A stretch of DNA of 64,000 nt from Eledone cirrhosa (GCA_964016885.1 OZ024742.1:211172001-211236000), one strand, 5' to 3'; shown: positions 38,878-51,797, counted from the stretch's first letter. Numbers and translations are program-made. The notes: generated from the sequence alone by a model not told the origin.

Positions 38878-38878
<1 letters not shown>
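38046..38878 (+). mobile_element. Putative non-autonomous Helitron containing a SINE insertion
   Basis: A|TCTATATACTACTAAAA start, 3' hairpin CGTGAC..GTCACG, then CTAG|T. Confidence 0.55.
38374..38705 (-). mobile_element. Full-length CORE-type tRNA SINE with RTE-derived tail
   Basis: Near-identical reverse complement of 54748-55102. Confidence 0.88.
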
Positions 38879-38954
<76 letters not shown>

Positions 38955-39344
38955 AAAGGTAAACAGAAACAACAACACAATCGGTACAGTATATGGAAGG
39001 TATATATTAGGTTAATGCTTGATATAGCAGGAAGAGAGTCTTAACATTTTGGACGCTAGTCCTTCATCAGAAGAAAGAATGAGAAATAAGATAGATTGAG
39101 GGGACGGGCGGGATGGAATTAGAAAAAAATGTCTTTAGATAAAAATAACAGGTCCATTCATGTTGACATCTCTTGCAAAACTGTTGGTGGTAGTGTTTTA
39201 TGTATGATTTATCTTTTAGAAAAGTGGATGATGGAGCGCGTCTACCTGAAATGGAAAAAAAAACGTTTTGTAAAAAGAGCTATACTTGTGCACCTGTGTA
39301 AGCATATGTGTGTGTGTGTGTGTTATATGTCCGTACAAAGCTAA

Positions 39345-39902
39345 GAAGAAATGTGTGTTTATTCTCCACTGACCGTATTCCATCATCTCCTCTGTGAGTC
39401 TCAGCGATTTAAGGTTAGCTCTTACCACCTCTGCCCAGGGCTTTCTTGTCTTCATCTACTGTAGTTTCCTTCTACTGGCATTTCCTAGCACTTCTCCACT
39501 CAGCGATCATCATTTATGCACATCACATGTCCATACCAAAGCAGTCTTCTCTCCTGTACACCATTTTGGATTCTTCTTAAACCCAGCTTCTCTCTCAGCT
39601 CGTCCAAGCTCTGCCTTTCTCTCACATTTACATTGACATCCATTGAAACATTGTTACTTCATTTCTCTCCAGTCTATGCATGTCCTCTGCGGTCGTGTCC
39701 ATGTTTCACTACCATACAGCATCACACTTTGCACACAGTCATCCTTTTATACATAGGGAGAAATCTTTTGTTGTCAATAGTGAGAGTAGCTCTCTAAACC
39801 TCTTCCATTCTATCCTTATTCTTGTTATGTGCTCAGAACACCCTCCTCCACTACTAATTAAGTCACCTAGATAGCAGAAGCTATCAACCATTTCTATGGA
39901 CC
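39345..39902 (-). mobile_element. RTE LINE 3' fragment interrupted by the Gypsy LTR
   Basis: Homologous to 53715-54290. Similarity stops at the LTR start TGTAG. Confidence 0.8.
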
Positions 39903-40329
39903 TGTAGTGGAACTACGTCGCACCTTGCAATAGCAACATATTCATATGCAATAAGGTCAAACTGACCAATAGGAAGTTGCATATGAATACATGGTCAATC
40001 TCACTCTCGCTCTCTGGTGAAAAACCTGACAGCACTCGAGAGACCAGACAGACCGAGCTGACCAGGAGATGATACGGACGTGTGAAGATTATTGTAAAAT
40101 GACTCCTACATTCCTTTCGACAAATAAAATTATATTTATAGAGGATTGAGCGTTAAAGAGCTATTTATTTATATCCTGGAAGTCAGAAGCGTTTACTACC
40201 GATGAGAAGCTACCAACTCTTCCATTAAGGTATTTCAATTATATCGCTTATAAATAAGATCTTTCGAAGACTGATAACATGCAATTGTAAAAGGATATAG
40301 ATACAATTTAACCCCTCATCTTATCTATA
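39903..40329 (+). mobile_element. 5' LTR of the Gypsy element, followed by a tRNA-Trp-like primer binding site (40333-40344)
   Basis: Starts TGTAG, ends CTATA (degenerate CTACA), internal AATAAA. Followed by TGGTGACCCGAC, close to the tRNA-Trp PBS TGGTGACCCCGAC. Confidence 0.7.
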
Positions 40330-43300
40330 AAATGGTGACCCGACTGTAAAGAATACTTCCTTCACACACATAAAAAAAAAAATGTTGAGCTTACAATAAC
40401 ATGATATTTCCTTCGCACATGGCATTTTTTCCAATATGGCATTTTTTCCAATAGGGAGAAGCTGGGTTTAAGAAGAATCCATTTCACCTCCTCCTTCTTC
40501 ATCACTGATTCCAGCGCTTTTACTTTGGCCGACATAAGCGCACTCTCTACTGTTGCAAGAATACTACAGAACTTAAAAAATTATTTTTACATGTTTTGTT
40601 CAAACTATTCTGTTAAAGTTTACGAACGTCTTTCTCCAACAATGTCAAGTAATTCACTACCGGTTTTTTGTGGGGATGTGCGAATCTGGCTGGCACAAAT
40701 AGAATCATTTTTCCTCGCACACAATATTTCATCCGACTCTAGACAGCTCCATCTTTTACTGAGTGCCAATGGTTAAGGACGTAATTACAGACCCAGCTCC
40801 GGAGGCTACCTATAGCTGCATAAAAAAAAGAAATTCTTAACCGCACTTCTGCCTCGGCGGAAAGGAAGTTTCGCACTCTAGTTAACGATGTACACCTTGG
40901 CAACTATACACCTACACAGCTCTTATGGAGGATGAGAGACCTTGCGGAAGACGCACTGGCCGACAGCGCCATGATCAAGCAGCTTTTCTTCTCTAGGCTG
41001 CCGCCTAATGTCAAAGCCATTTTAGCAGCGATGACCGAAACCAGTTCGGTGGATCAGTTGGCGTCATCCGCTGATAAAATTTTGGAGTACTCCGGCAATT
41101 CGACCACTACTAACCCATCACGACTTGCAACAAATGCTTCACTTTTTCCTGTCGCATCAGTTTCAGCCAGCGCCACTTTGACCAACGAAGCAACACTAAA
41201 GGCCATCCGTGACCTTATGAAGGAGGTACAACTTCTTCGTTTATCCAGATCGAGATCTCCCTGACAATGGTTGTGGAATTGCTCGAATTCTTCACGTCGT
41301 TGTTTCCAACCTTCACCATCGCGAGCATGCTTTTACCATAACCGTTTCGGAGCCTCTGCTCATAAATGTATCCAGCCTTGTTCCTTTTCACTCCGGGGAA
41401 ACAAAGAAACGGAGAATTAAGCACGACGTCTTCTCCGCAATTCTGTACTGAAGGTCGTGCATTTTTCATTACGGATTCCTTCTCGCACGCACGCTGCCTC
41501 ATCGACACGAGTGCGTCTTGCAGCATTTGGCCGTTAAAACTCTTGAAAGAGAAACCTCCTCTCTCACACATATCACTACAAGTTATAAACCATTCAGCTA
41601 TCCCTACGTATGGACAAATCTCTCGCTCTTTGGACCTGGATTTACGTAGAGATTTCTCATGGATTTTCACTATAGGTGATTTGCCATATCCTATTCTGGG
41701 TGATGATTTTTTGCATCATTTCAATCTTATGGTTGATATGCGAACACGTTTATTGGACGCAACTACGAATCTTTCTGCGCTTGGACGTACTTCAGTAATC
41801 CAGTCTATCAGTCCAGTCTTCTACATCGCTGCTTCGGAGGACCCGTATCATGCGCTTTTGCATTCCTTTCCGGAATTAACGAACCTGCACTTTGTAGCAG
41901 ATACCCCTACTCACTCTACCAAACATTTTATTGAGACTAAGGGTGCTCCAGTTTTTTCACGCCCGCATCGCCTTGCTCCGGAAAAATTGAAAGCGGCTAA
42001 GGCAGAGTTTAACCATATGCTGCAGTTGGGTATCATTCCCCCTTCTTTCAGTCCGTGGGCCTCGCCTTTGCACATGGTGCTGAAACGTTTGGAAGACTGG
42101 TGTCCCACTGGAGATTTTCGGCGAATAAATTCGATCACCGTGCCGGACCATTACCCAATTCCTCACATCCAGGATTTCACTTCTACGCTTCATGGATGTA
42201 CTATCTTTTTAAAATTGGACCTGATCAGAGCATACCATAAAATTCCTGTGAATCCTGCGGACATTCCTAAAATTGCTGTTACTACACTTTTTGGTGCATT
42301 CAAGTTTTTAACAATGCCTTTTGGACTACACAATGCTGCTAGTTCCTTCCAGCGATTTATGGACGAAGTCGTCTGCGACCTGGATTTTGTATATTGCTAC
42401 ATCGACGATATTCTCATCGCGAGTGCATCACCGGAGGACCATATCTCGCACCTCCGCCAACTGTTTGAACGATTTAGGCAGTACCAAGTTCGCATTACCC
42501 CTGCGATGTGTATTTTTGGTGCTGCTTCACTCATCTTTTTAGGCCACATGATAAACTCTGAAGGAATATTCCCACTTCCTGAGAAAGTGAAGGCTCTTCA
42601 GGAACTTCCCCCCGCCTCCTTCTTTCTGACAGCTGCGGCAGTTCCTGGGCCGCCTAAATTATTATCATCGGTTTATCCCGCATTGCGCAGAACTCTTAGC
42701 TCCACTATCTGATCTCCTGCGTAACAGAAAGAAGAAGAACGAACCAATCGCTTTGGGACCCATGCAGCTTGAAGCATTCTCTAAAGCTAAACAGAATTTA
42801 GCAAACGCATCTCTGCTTGCTCACCCTGTGTCTGGTGCACAGTTTTCGCTGGTTGTGGATGCATCAAGCACAGCGGTAGGTGCAGTATTGCAACAGCACC
42901 ACCAACAACAGCTTCAACCTCTTGCTTTCTTTTCTAAGCAGCTGAAGACTGCCGAATCACGCTATAGCACCTTCGGCCGCGAACTGTTAGCCATTTTCCT
43001 TGCTGTGAAACACTTTCGAGATTCACTGGAAGGCCGACAGTTTACGATCTATACTGACCATCATCCACTTACGTTCGCACTCAGTTCCAATCCGGACAAA
43101 TACTCACCTCGAGAAACTCGTCACTTGGACTTCATATCCCAGTTTACGAATGACATTCGTCATATACCGAGTGAACAAAACACAGCGGTGCATGTCTAAT
43201 CTCGCCTACCCATCAATGCTTTGTCAGCACCTGCGACTGTTGACTTGCATCTTATGGCTGCAGAACAGCCCACCCTAGAGTCATTGGATCTGTCTTCACC

Positions 43301-43936
43301 TGAATTTGCAACCTGCAAATTTAAATACCTGCCTGTACCCACTTCGGACTCTCAGATACTGCGACAGATTCACCTCGCCCTCTGGTACCAGAGACTCATC
43401 GGCGAATAGTTTTCGATTCTCTACATAGTTTGGCATACCCCGGAATTTCCGCCACAGTAAAACTCATTTCAGCTAGATTCTTCTGACCGAATATGAGACA
43501 TGATATCACTGTTTAGTCACGTTCCTGTTTGTCTTGTCAAAAGTTGAATGTGCATAAACATATTCGCGCACCTCTCAGCACATTTAGCACACCTGACACA
43601 TGTTTTTGCCACATACACATTGATATCGTGGGACCTTGGCCTGCCAGTCGTGGATGTTCATACATCCTGACCTGTATTGACCGTTTCACCTGATGGCCTG
43701 AAGCCATTCCTCTTAGTGACATTACTGCTGAATCTGTAGCGCGAGCCCTGGTTTCAGGATGGATATCACACTATGGAGTTCCTACCACTATTATGACAGA
43801 TCGTGGTAGGCAGTTTGAATCCCAACTATTCAGGAATCTATTGAATATCATCGGCGCTCAACGCATCAGGACTACCAGTTACCACCCTGCATCTAATGGA
43901 ATGGTAGAGCGTTTTCATGGCCATTTAAAGGCCACA
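40330..43936 (+). mobile_element. Ty3/Gypsy retrotransposon internal region, CsRn1/Boudicca/Kabuki-like, pseudogenised and 3'-truncated in integrase
   Basis: Gag WLAQIESFF and CFYHNRFGASAHKCIQPC (CHCC). Protease LIDTSAS, RT MPFGL/YIDD, RNase H VDASS/ELLA/YTDH, integrase HIDIVGP/TDRGRQF/NGMVERFH, in PR-RT-RH-IN order. Multiple stops and frameshifts. Confidence 0.93.
41396..41460 (+). promoter_or_regulatory. -1 programmed ribosomal frameshift signal: G_GGA_AAC plus H-type pseudoknot
   Basis: Heptamer 41396-41402 is in gag phase and pol is in the -1 frame. 7-nt spacer. Stem 1 CGGAGAA/TTCTCCG, stem 2 GCACGAC/GTCGTGC. Confidence 0.8.
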
Positions 43937-46900
43937 TGTGGAGGCATATTGTCTATATGCTTCAGCTTGTACCCGTGGGAAGTCGGGCACTCTGTATTAC
44001 TGCGTGACACCAGAGGTCACGGCCTTTGAGAGGTGTAATTGGGTAAGGTCGGCTTTTATTACCTCATCCAAGGTCATCTTTGGTCTCCCCACTCCGTGGT
44101 TTCCATTGACTTCTACTGCTCTGCATCTTTTTATGCAGCTGTCATCCTTCATACGCATCACATGTCCATACCAACACAACCGCCTCTCCTGCACACAGCA
44201 TTTGATTCCTCTTATGCTCAGTCTCTCTCTCAATTCATTTATGCTTTGCCGTTCGCGTATATTACTATAACACATCCATCGGAGCATGCAGGCTTCGTTT
44301 CTTTCTAATCTACGTAAGTCTTCCACCTTCAGCGCCCATGTAACATTTCTGTTCGTATACACGCATCATACAGTCTGCCTTTCATTTTGAGGGAAAAGCC
44401 TTTTGCAGCTAGCAGTGGCAGTAGCTCCCTGAACTTCTTCCATCCCGTTCTTACCCTAGTTATTGTACTTTCTGAACACCCACCTCCGCTGCTAATTCGG
44501 TCACCTAGGTAGCAGAAGCTGTCTACTGTTTCTACAGAGCCCTCCCAGAGATTGGTGGTACTTGTTTCCTGTGACTGTTTGTAGCTTGCTGTCCCAGCAC
44601 AGCTGCTACATGTGAAGCCTACATTCTTAATTAAGCTGCCTGAGATCCCGCTACATCTCTTGTGTACCCATTGTTTGCATTTGGGGCAGAGAATGGAGTT
44701 CCTACCTACACCTTTCCTACATACTGAGCAAGGCCTTTTCCCTGAGGAAAAAGACCTTAGTCTTTGTCAGGTTGACTTTGAGACCCTTTCTTTCTAATCC
44801 CAGCTTCCATGTTTGGAATTTCTTCTCTAGTTCTAACATAGATTCAACTATAAGTGCGAGGTCATCTGCATACAGGAGTTCCCATGGGTATCCGGTCTTA
44901 AACTCCTCCGTTATTGCCTGCAGAACTATGATGAACAGGAGAGGGCTAAGAACAGAGCCCTGGTGGACACCGACCTGTACGCTAAATTCCTCGCTATATT
45001 CATTGCTAATCCTAACTTTGCTGACTGCTTGCCTATACATGGCTTGTACAGCTTTCACAAGCCATTCATCTACTTTTAGTTTTCTAAGAGCCCACCAGAT
45101 TATAGCACGTGGAACTCTGTTAAAGGCTTTCTCGAGATCGACGAATGCCAGGTAGAGTGGCTTACTTTTAGCTAGGTACTTTTCCTGTAACTGCCTCACA
45201 AGGAAGAGGGCATCAGTGGTGCCTCTTCCTGGTACAAACCCAAATTGCATCTCATCTAGATTCACCCGGTCCCTAATCAACTGTGCTATAACTCTTTCTG
45301 TTACTTTCATGACCTGGTCTATCAGCTTTATACCTCTATATAGTGCATCGCCTTTACCTTTGTATCAGTTGACAATGATGCTGCTGCACCAATCTGTTGG
45401 TATGACACCTTCTAGTATTACCTGGTTAACAATACATGTGGTTATAGTGTGACCTACCGACCCAAATGCCTTCAGCATCTCGGCAGCTATACCTTATGGA
45501 CCGGTTGCCTTCCCCATCTTCATATCTTTGATTGCCTTACTTACTACACTGCTGCTGACTTGTACTGCTGGCCCCTCTATAGGGTCTACTTGGGGTAGGG
45601 TCTCTTCTTCCCATGCATTCTCCTCATTTAGTAATCTATCATAATGGCTCTTCCATGCATCTTTCTTCTCAACACTTGTGAGGGCAAGCTCACCTTTATC
45701 ATTCCGGATACACTTCTCTCCAATGACATCACAATTCTCTCTGACACACTGCCTCGCAATCTTGAACACCTCCTGTTTCTGGTCCTCACATTGCAAAACA
45801 TGCTTGAATTTTCTATCCTCTGCTTCCCTCCTAGCTAAGTATACTTGTCACCTAGCTTCCCTCCTGGTCTCTATGTAATGTACCCTGCTCCCCCCATTCT
45901 TCCATTCTTTCCATGCCTGTCTCTTGACCTTAACTGCCTCATCTACCTTATTGTTCCACCACCAAGTCACTCTCCTCCTGCTTGTGGTCTTACTCCAGCC
46001 ACAGACCTCATCCGTCGCCTCTAGTAAGTTATTTTTTAGTAACCCCCAGTGCTCTTCTACATTGAATGTCACTATCTGTTCTTCTTTACTGTCGTAGTCG
46101 TTGAGTAAAATATCTTTAAATCTGTTACTGGTTGAGGGGTCTTTCAGCTTCCAGATCTTTCTTCTCCAGGTTGGCCTGTTTCCAGGTTCGTCTAGTTCTG
46201 ACCGTGAGGTCGCTGACAACTAAGCTATGTTGAGAGGTACATTCCTCACTAGGGAAGGCTTTTGTGTTTATGACCGTCCATCTTTCACGTCCTCTGATGA
46301 GGATAAAATCTATCTGACTAGAATACTCCCCTGATCTATAGGTGATCAGGTGGTAGTCGGGTTTTTTGAAGTTTGTATTACTTATCGACATGTCATTGGC
46401 GTCGCAGAATTCTAGAAGCCTGAATCCTTCTTCATTTCTTGTGCCAACCCCATGGCCTCCATGGACTCTATTGAAGCCGTCACAGTGTTTACCTACATGT
46501 CCGTTAAAATCTCCTGCAATGATTAGGAAGTCATTGTCGTTTGTTAGAGTAGTAGTGTGCATTAGGGACTCGTAAAACCTATCCTTAAGTTCGTTTGGCA
46601 ACCCCAATTGGGGTGCGTAAGCTGATATTATTGTGGTAATTGTTTTATTCAGGACTAGTCTGACTTCAATGATTCTTGCATTCACCCTGTTCACTAAGAT
46701 TACTTTATCTACCCACTTGTCAGCTAGTAGTATACCTACACCACCCATCCCATCATCATTTCCCACCCAGAAAAATTTGAAGCACTGACTTTTTCCTACA
46801 AGGACTCTAGCAGACTCTCCTCTCTATCTAGTCTCTTGCACACAGCATATATCAATTTCCTTTCGCTCTAGCATCTCTACGATTTCTCCTGCTCTTCCTT

Positions 46901-46990
46901 TCATTGTGCTTACATTGATGGTACCAACTCTCAGTTTTGGGCATTTGTCAACATTCGTGGAGAAGGGTCAATTTTTGCAGGGGTGTGCAT
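43937..46990 (-). mobile_element. Near full-length RTE LINE (APE endonuclease, RT, Cys/His finger, C-terminal domain), frameshifted
   Basis: LRVGTINVSTM..DICCVQETR, SAYAPQ, AGDFNGH, SQIDF, QFGF, VDLEKAF, GVHQGSVLSPLLF, LLYADD, WYGHVMRM in order on the minus strand. Confidence 0.95.
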
Positions 46991-47029
46991 GTGCTTCCTG
47001 TCTCTGAATTGAAGCTTCACATGGGTATA

Positions 47030-47119
47030 CATCCAGCTGTAAAAATCAAGCCAGAATCAGTTCCTGTCCCACCCTTGCAAGCAGGCAAAAGTGGACGTAA
47101 AATGAAATGGTGATGATGA

Positions 47120-47123
<4 letters not shown>
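47030..47123 (+). mobile_element. 3' tail fragment of the CORE-type SINE
   Basis: Matches 54999-55080 and ends in (GAT)n. Confidence 0.8.
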
Positions 47124-47191
<68 letters not shown>

Positions 47192-47256
47192 GATATATAT
47201 ATATACATACATATATATATATATGTATATATATGATATATATATTTATATATATA

Positions 47257-48175
47257 CTAGCAGTGGTACCTGGCGTTGCACGGGATAAGGTATTTTGGAA
47301 CGTGGGCTGCCAACAGACCTAATCGTGGAAAAACTGCATGCGTGGACAATATGTAAAGAAAATAAACCGAATACTCTGATGGCTAGATAATCTTTAAGAT
47401 TTTCCTCGATGAAGCAGGAAAAATGCAGGTATTCACCTAATGCGGGCCCTAGGGGATCAAGAAAATGAATTTTTTTAAGTGCATAATATGCCTTGAAATT
47501 TCGAGAAAATTGGCTAGACGTAACGCCTCAAAAAAGCCCTACAAAGCTGAAAAAATGAAGTTTTTCACCTAATCCGGGCCCTAGGGCATAAAAAAGTTGG
47601 ATTTTCTTTGCTCACGGTATGAAGAAGAGACTGACTAATACATAGTTACAATTTCAAAGAAATCAATCTGACATAACACTCCAAAAACCCCTAAAAACCT
47701 GAAAAAGCGCAGTTTTTAAACTAATGTGGGCCCTAGGGGATCAAAAAGTTGAATTTATGTGCATAACACTCCCTGAAACATAAGTAATACACATGTAAAG
47801 TTTGAAAAAGGTAGGTTGGGTACTTCTCGAGTTTTAGGGATTCAAACTCACAGACACTCACACACACACACATCCTCAGGGAAGTGACGTAATGCAGACA
47901 GCCAGACATACAGACAGATATTATAAAGGCGCGACGTTATATGTATGTATCTATCTAAAAAGAGAAAGACTAAGAATTATAGATGGAGATCGCTAAATCG
48001 CCTAATGCGGTCCCTAGGGCATTGAAAATTTGAAATTTCTTTTGCTCAGAACACTCCCTGAAACATAAGTATTATATGTGTAAAGTTTGAAAACAGTCGG
48101 TTGGGTGTTTCTCGAGTTTTAGGGATTCAAACTCAAACACACACAGACAGACATCCTCAGTGTTATATATATAGA
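47257..48175 (-). mobile_element. Non-autonomous Helitron with internal ~160-bp imperfect repeats
   Basis: On -: starts TCTATATATATAA..GTCTGTCTG, ends hairpin CCCGTGCAACGCCAGG..CTAG|T. CCTAATGCGGGCCCTAGGG-like block occurs four times. Confidence 0.75.
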
Positions 48176-48700
48176 CTAGCAGAAAACCGCCCACGAGTGG
48201 TTTTCTGCTAGTATGTATATATATTACACACACAGAAATGTATATATATATTTCTGTGTGTGTATATATATATATATATATATTACACACACAGAAATGT
48301 ATATATATTTCTGTGTGTATATATATATATTTCTGTGTGTGTATATATATATATATATATATTACACACACACAGAAATGTATATATATTTCTGTAGCAC
48401 TCCTCAATTCCCCCTCTCTCCCTCCCGCTATCCCCCTCTTGTAGTCTGTCTCTTTCTTTCACTCTCACTCTCTCTCTACGCGTGCGCAAAAAACATTCGC
48501 ACGCGCGCACGTGTTTTAGCGTCTATTCACTCTCTCTCTCTCCCTCTCTCCCTCCCGCTATCCCCCTCTCGTAGTCTGTCTCTTTCATTCACTCTCACTC
48601 TCTCTACACGTGCGCAAAAAACATTCGCACGCGCGCACGTGTTTCCACTGTCGGACAGACAGACAAACAGATAAATTGCTGGTTATATATTATAAGGAGA
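48176..48700 (-). mobile_element. Non-autonomous Helitron-like element abutting the previous one
   Basis: On -: A|TCTCCTTATAATATATAA..GTCTGTCTGTCC start and CTAG end at 48176. Internal ~130-bp duplication. Confidence 0.6.
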
Positions 48701-48821
48701 TGATATATATATATATTATATCAAAATTATTATTATATTATATCAAAATTTTACTGTATTCAGTAATTAATTTAAACGTTTAGATACGTCGTACGGAGAT
48801 ATTGTTTACATTTATCGTGTA

Positions 48822-49719
48822 CTAGCAGTAAAGCCCGGCGTTGCTCGGGGTCGCTCAGTAGCTGTGTTAAAGTTACAATGTTAAGTTTCTTTCTTGGCTT
48901 AAAAACTGTAGTGTCTACTGTGCAGACTTGCATGTGGTGTTTTTGATTAATATTCCCTCAACCAACAATATGCCTTATGAAGTTAAGAAAACATAACGAT
49001 AACCCGAATGTTATAACAAAAGAGGATGCTGGGGATAGAAACTGCACTGGTTATTTATTAACAAAAATCGAAAATGTAAACACTGCAACGCAGAGAAAAA
49101 CATTAGCGTAACCAAATTATCAGTTATGTCTGTCTGCACGCCTATATCACCTCTCTGCACGACTGTCTGTCTGCACGCCTATATCACCTCTCTGCACGAC
49201 TGTCTGTCTGCACGCCTATATCACCTCTCTGCACGACTGTCTGTCTGCACGCGTATATCACCTCTCTGCACGACTGTCTGTCTGCACGCCTAACGACGAA
49301 ATATTTGCTTGTTTTACGTAGTCTTTAAATAGACTTGTTTTCAAGTAAAAATATTGTTTTAAAATGCTTTTAAATGGAAATGAAGCAAAACGGAAGCTTA
49401 GTGTTCGAACTGATGAATTTTGCAGGTCAATATTTTGCTGGCTCGACAACTGTTAAAGCCAGCGTAATTTTTTACGTAAGACGCTCAATGTAAACAGAAC
49501 AAAGGGAAATAACTGATCACTTACGCTCAAAAATCGATACATTATATTCGATTTCGTCACATAGGGTGGGTCAATTTGAAATTTTTTTTTTCCGATGTCT
49601 TCGCTAGGGCTCAATGTACAAGTATAGCAATTTCGGTGCAATTCCGTGAAAGATTCTAAGAGGAGATGTGTGCCAAAAATCGATAGACAGACAGACAACC
49701 ACAGTTTTATATATATAGA
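48822..49719 (-). mobile_element. Non-autonomous Helitron with 4.5 copies of a 37-bp repeat
   Basis: A|TC...CCCGAGCAACGCCGGG..CTAG|T termini with no TSD. Near-identical inverted copy at 55251-56358. Confidence 0.88.
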
Positions 49720-50390
49720 TAAGTTTTGTTTTATCCAAATTGATTAATAATCTGTATATAACTTGATTTATAGTATTGAATACAGTAAACTTTGGTTGAA
49801 TCGAAATAATAATACTCTCAAGTGTAAATATAACTAATAATTAATCCTATATGTAATTGACAAATATTGATTTAAATAGTATTGTTTATGATATTTACAT
49901 TTCTAAACATATAAAATGCATATACAGATGCTAATATCCAAGTATGTTAAGTTTAATAATATCATATTTACTATATTTGTAAGCACCATTGTTAGTTAAT
50001 AATATTTATAATTTTGAATTTTATAACTAAATTATTGAATGTATTTACTAATTTAAATATGCTCCAGATTATCATTGAAAATGTGTTATATTATTTTATA
50101 TTATTCTATATTGTTTTAATTTTGATATAATATAATAGTATAATTTCTTTCAAATATTATAGAGTAAAAATTTCACGGTATTTAATTGATCGTTTATACA
50201 TAACTTAATATTTAAAAAAAAAACGGTCACGCTTCATGTACCTCTATTCTTCTTTTCCTTATCTAGTTATATTATACCATCTATATCTCCCTCTCTTTGT
50301 TTCTATCTTCATCTCTCTATATTTTCCTTTTCTCCTCTATTTAACTCTCTCTCTCTCTCATTTGTTTTTTTTTCTAATACGGATATTTAC

Positions 50391-50881
50391 GGCATACGTC
50401 AAGATGGGCGGTCTCAAAAGGGAAACTAATTTTTGAAAGTTACGATACACACGCAATTGTATGGATTTCTTAATATATATATGTGTGTGTGGGTGTGTAT
50501 ATGTGTGTATATATATATGTGTGTGTGTTTCAAAGAAATCAGTCTGACGTAACGACTCCAAAAACCCCTAAAAACCTGAAAAAGCGCAGTTTTTAAACTA
50601 ATATGGGTCCTAGGGAATCAAAAAGTTGAATATATATGTGTTTGTGTCATCATCATCGTTTAACGTCTATCTTCCACGCAAGCATGGGTTTAGACGTATA
50701 TATATGTCTGTGTGTATATATGTGTTTGTGTGTATATATATGTGTGTTTGTGTGTATATATATGTCTGTATATATATATATGTGTATGTATATATATATT
50801 TATGCACACATACACATTTGTATGAATTGTAACTGTCACAAATTAGTTTCACTTTTGAGACCGCCCGTCTTGACGTATGCC
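50391..50881. repeat. ~52-bp inverted repeat pair (MITE-like) enclosing mixed repeat fragments
   Basis: GGCATACGTCAAGATGGGCGGTCTCAAAAG.. at 50391 and ..CTTTTGAGACCGCCCGTCTTGACGTATGCC ending at 50881. Confidence 0.75.
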
Positions 50882-51797
50882 CGCATATATATAAATACAG
50901 ACACATTCAACACAGACAATGGTGGTGTTGTTGTTGTTGTTGCTGTTGTTGTTCTTCTACATTTCACTGCTGCTGTTGCTGCAGACAATGGTGTTGATGC
51001 TGTTATTGCAGTCGCATACATATAAATACATACACACAGATTCAACACAGATAATGGTGTTGCTGCTGTTGTTGTTGTTGTTGTAGTTGTAGTTGTTGGT
51101 GTGTTGAAATCTGGTCGCATCCACTGAGATATACATACACACACACACACACATATATATATGTATATACACATACATACATCAAAAGAGTTAGCAGTAT
51201 GTCAACAGGTCAGCCACCTTAGATAGAGTAATGAGTAATGTGGTAATGGTGGGGAGCGAGTGTAGACGTTATTGTTATTGTGGTGGTGGAGGTCAGTGAG
51301 ATGTACAAGTTCATAGTTCACTTGTCTCTTTTCCTCTCTCTTCAAAATTTTGAATTTATGGCCCCTTGCAATGGCGGACAAGTATATATATATATATATA
51401 ATATATAAGAAGCAAAGAAAATTTCAACGATACAAAAGATTTCCTGGTGGAAGTTCAGGTGTACTCAGGGTTGGTATCCAGTTTCGGGGTGAAAATCCAA
51501 TTAGAAAATCCAACGAATTTTGAGAGGTCCACGCAAGCATTGATATATATATGTATGTAAAATGTAAATAGAAATAACAACACATATACTAATGAACATG
51601 TTTTTACATTAAACACAGAGGGACTGTAAATGATAATAACAATATTTAGATATAAATGTACATATCTCTATTGGTCTCATAATTTTTTTTTTCTCTTTCC
51701 CCTTGTGTGTAACAACACGTGGTTGTGTGTTGCTGATGACTCTAGCAGAGCCCAAGAAAATACGTCTTGCCCTAACTGCCGCTTGCTGTTTCTTGCT

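Noticed and set aside
48731-50137. 20-bp inverted match TATTATATTATATCAAAATT around the Helitron
   Set aside because: Very AT-rich and low complexity, and no TSD or defined ends to support a host MITE.
51630-51797. Novel N-terminus on the 513-aa RTE ORF, and a CTGATGA at about 51733
   Set aside because: Chance in-frame read-through from flanking DNA into a truncated RTE. No GAAA directly after the putative stem II, so not a credible hammerhead.
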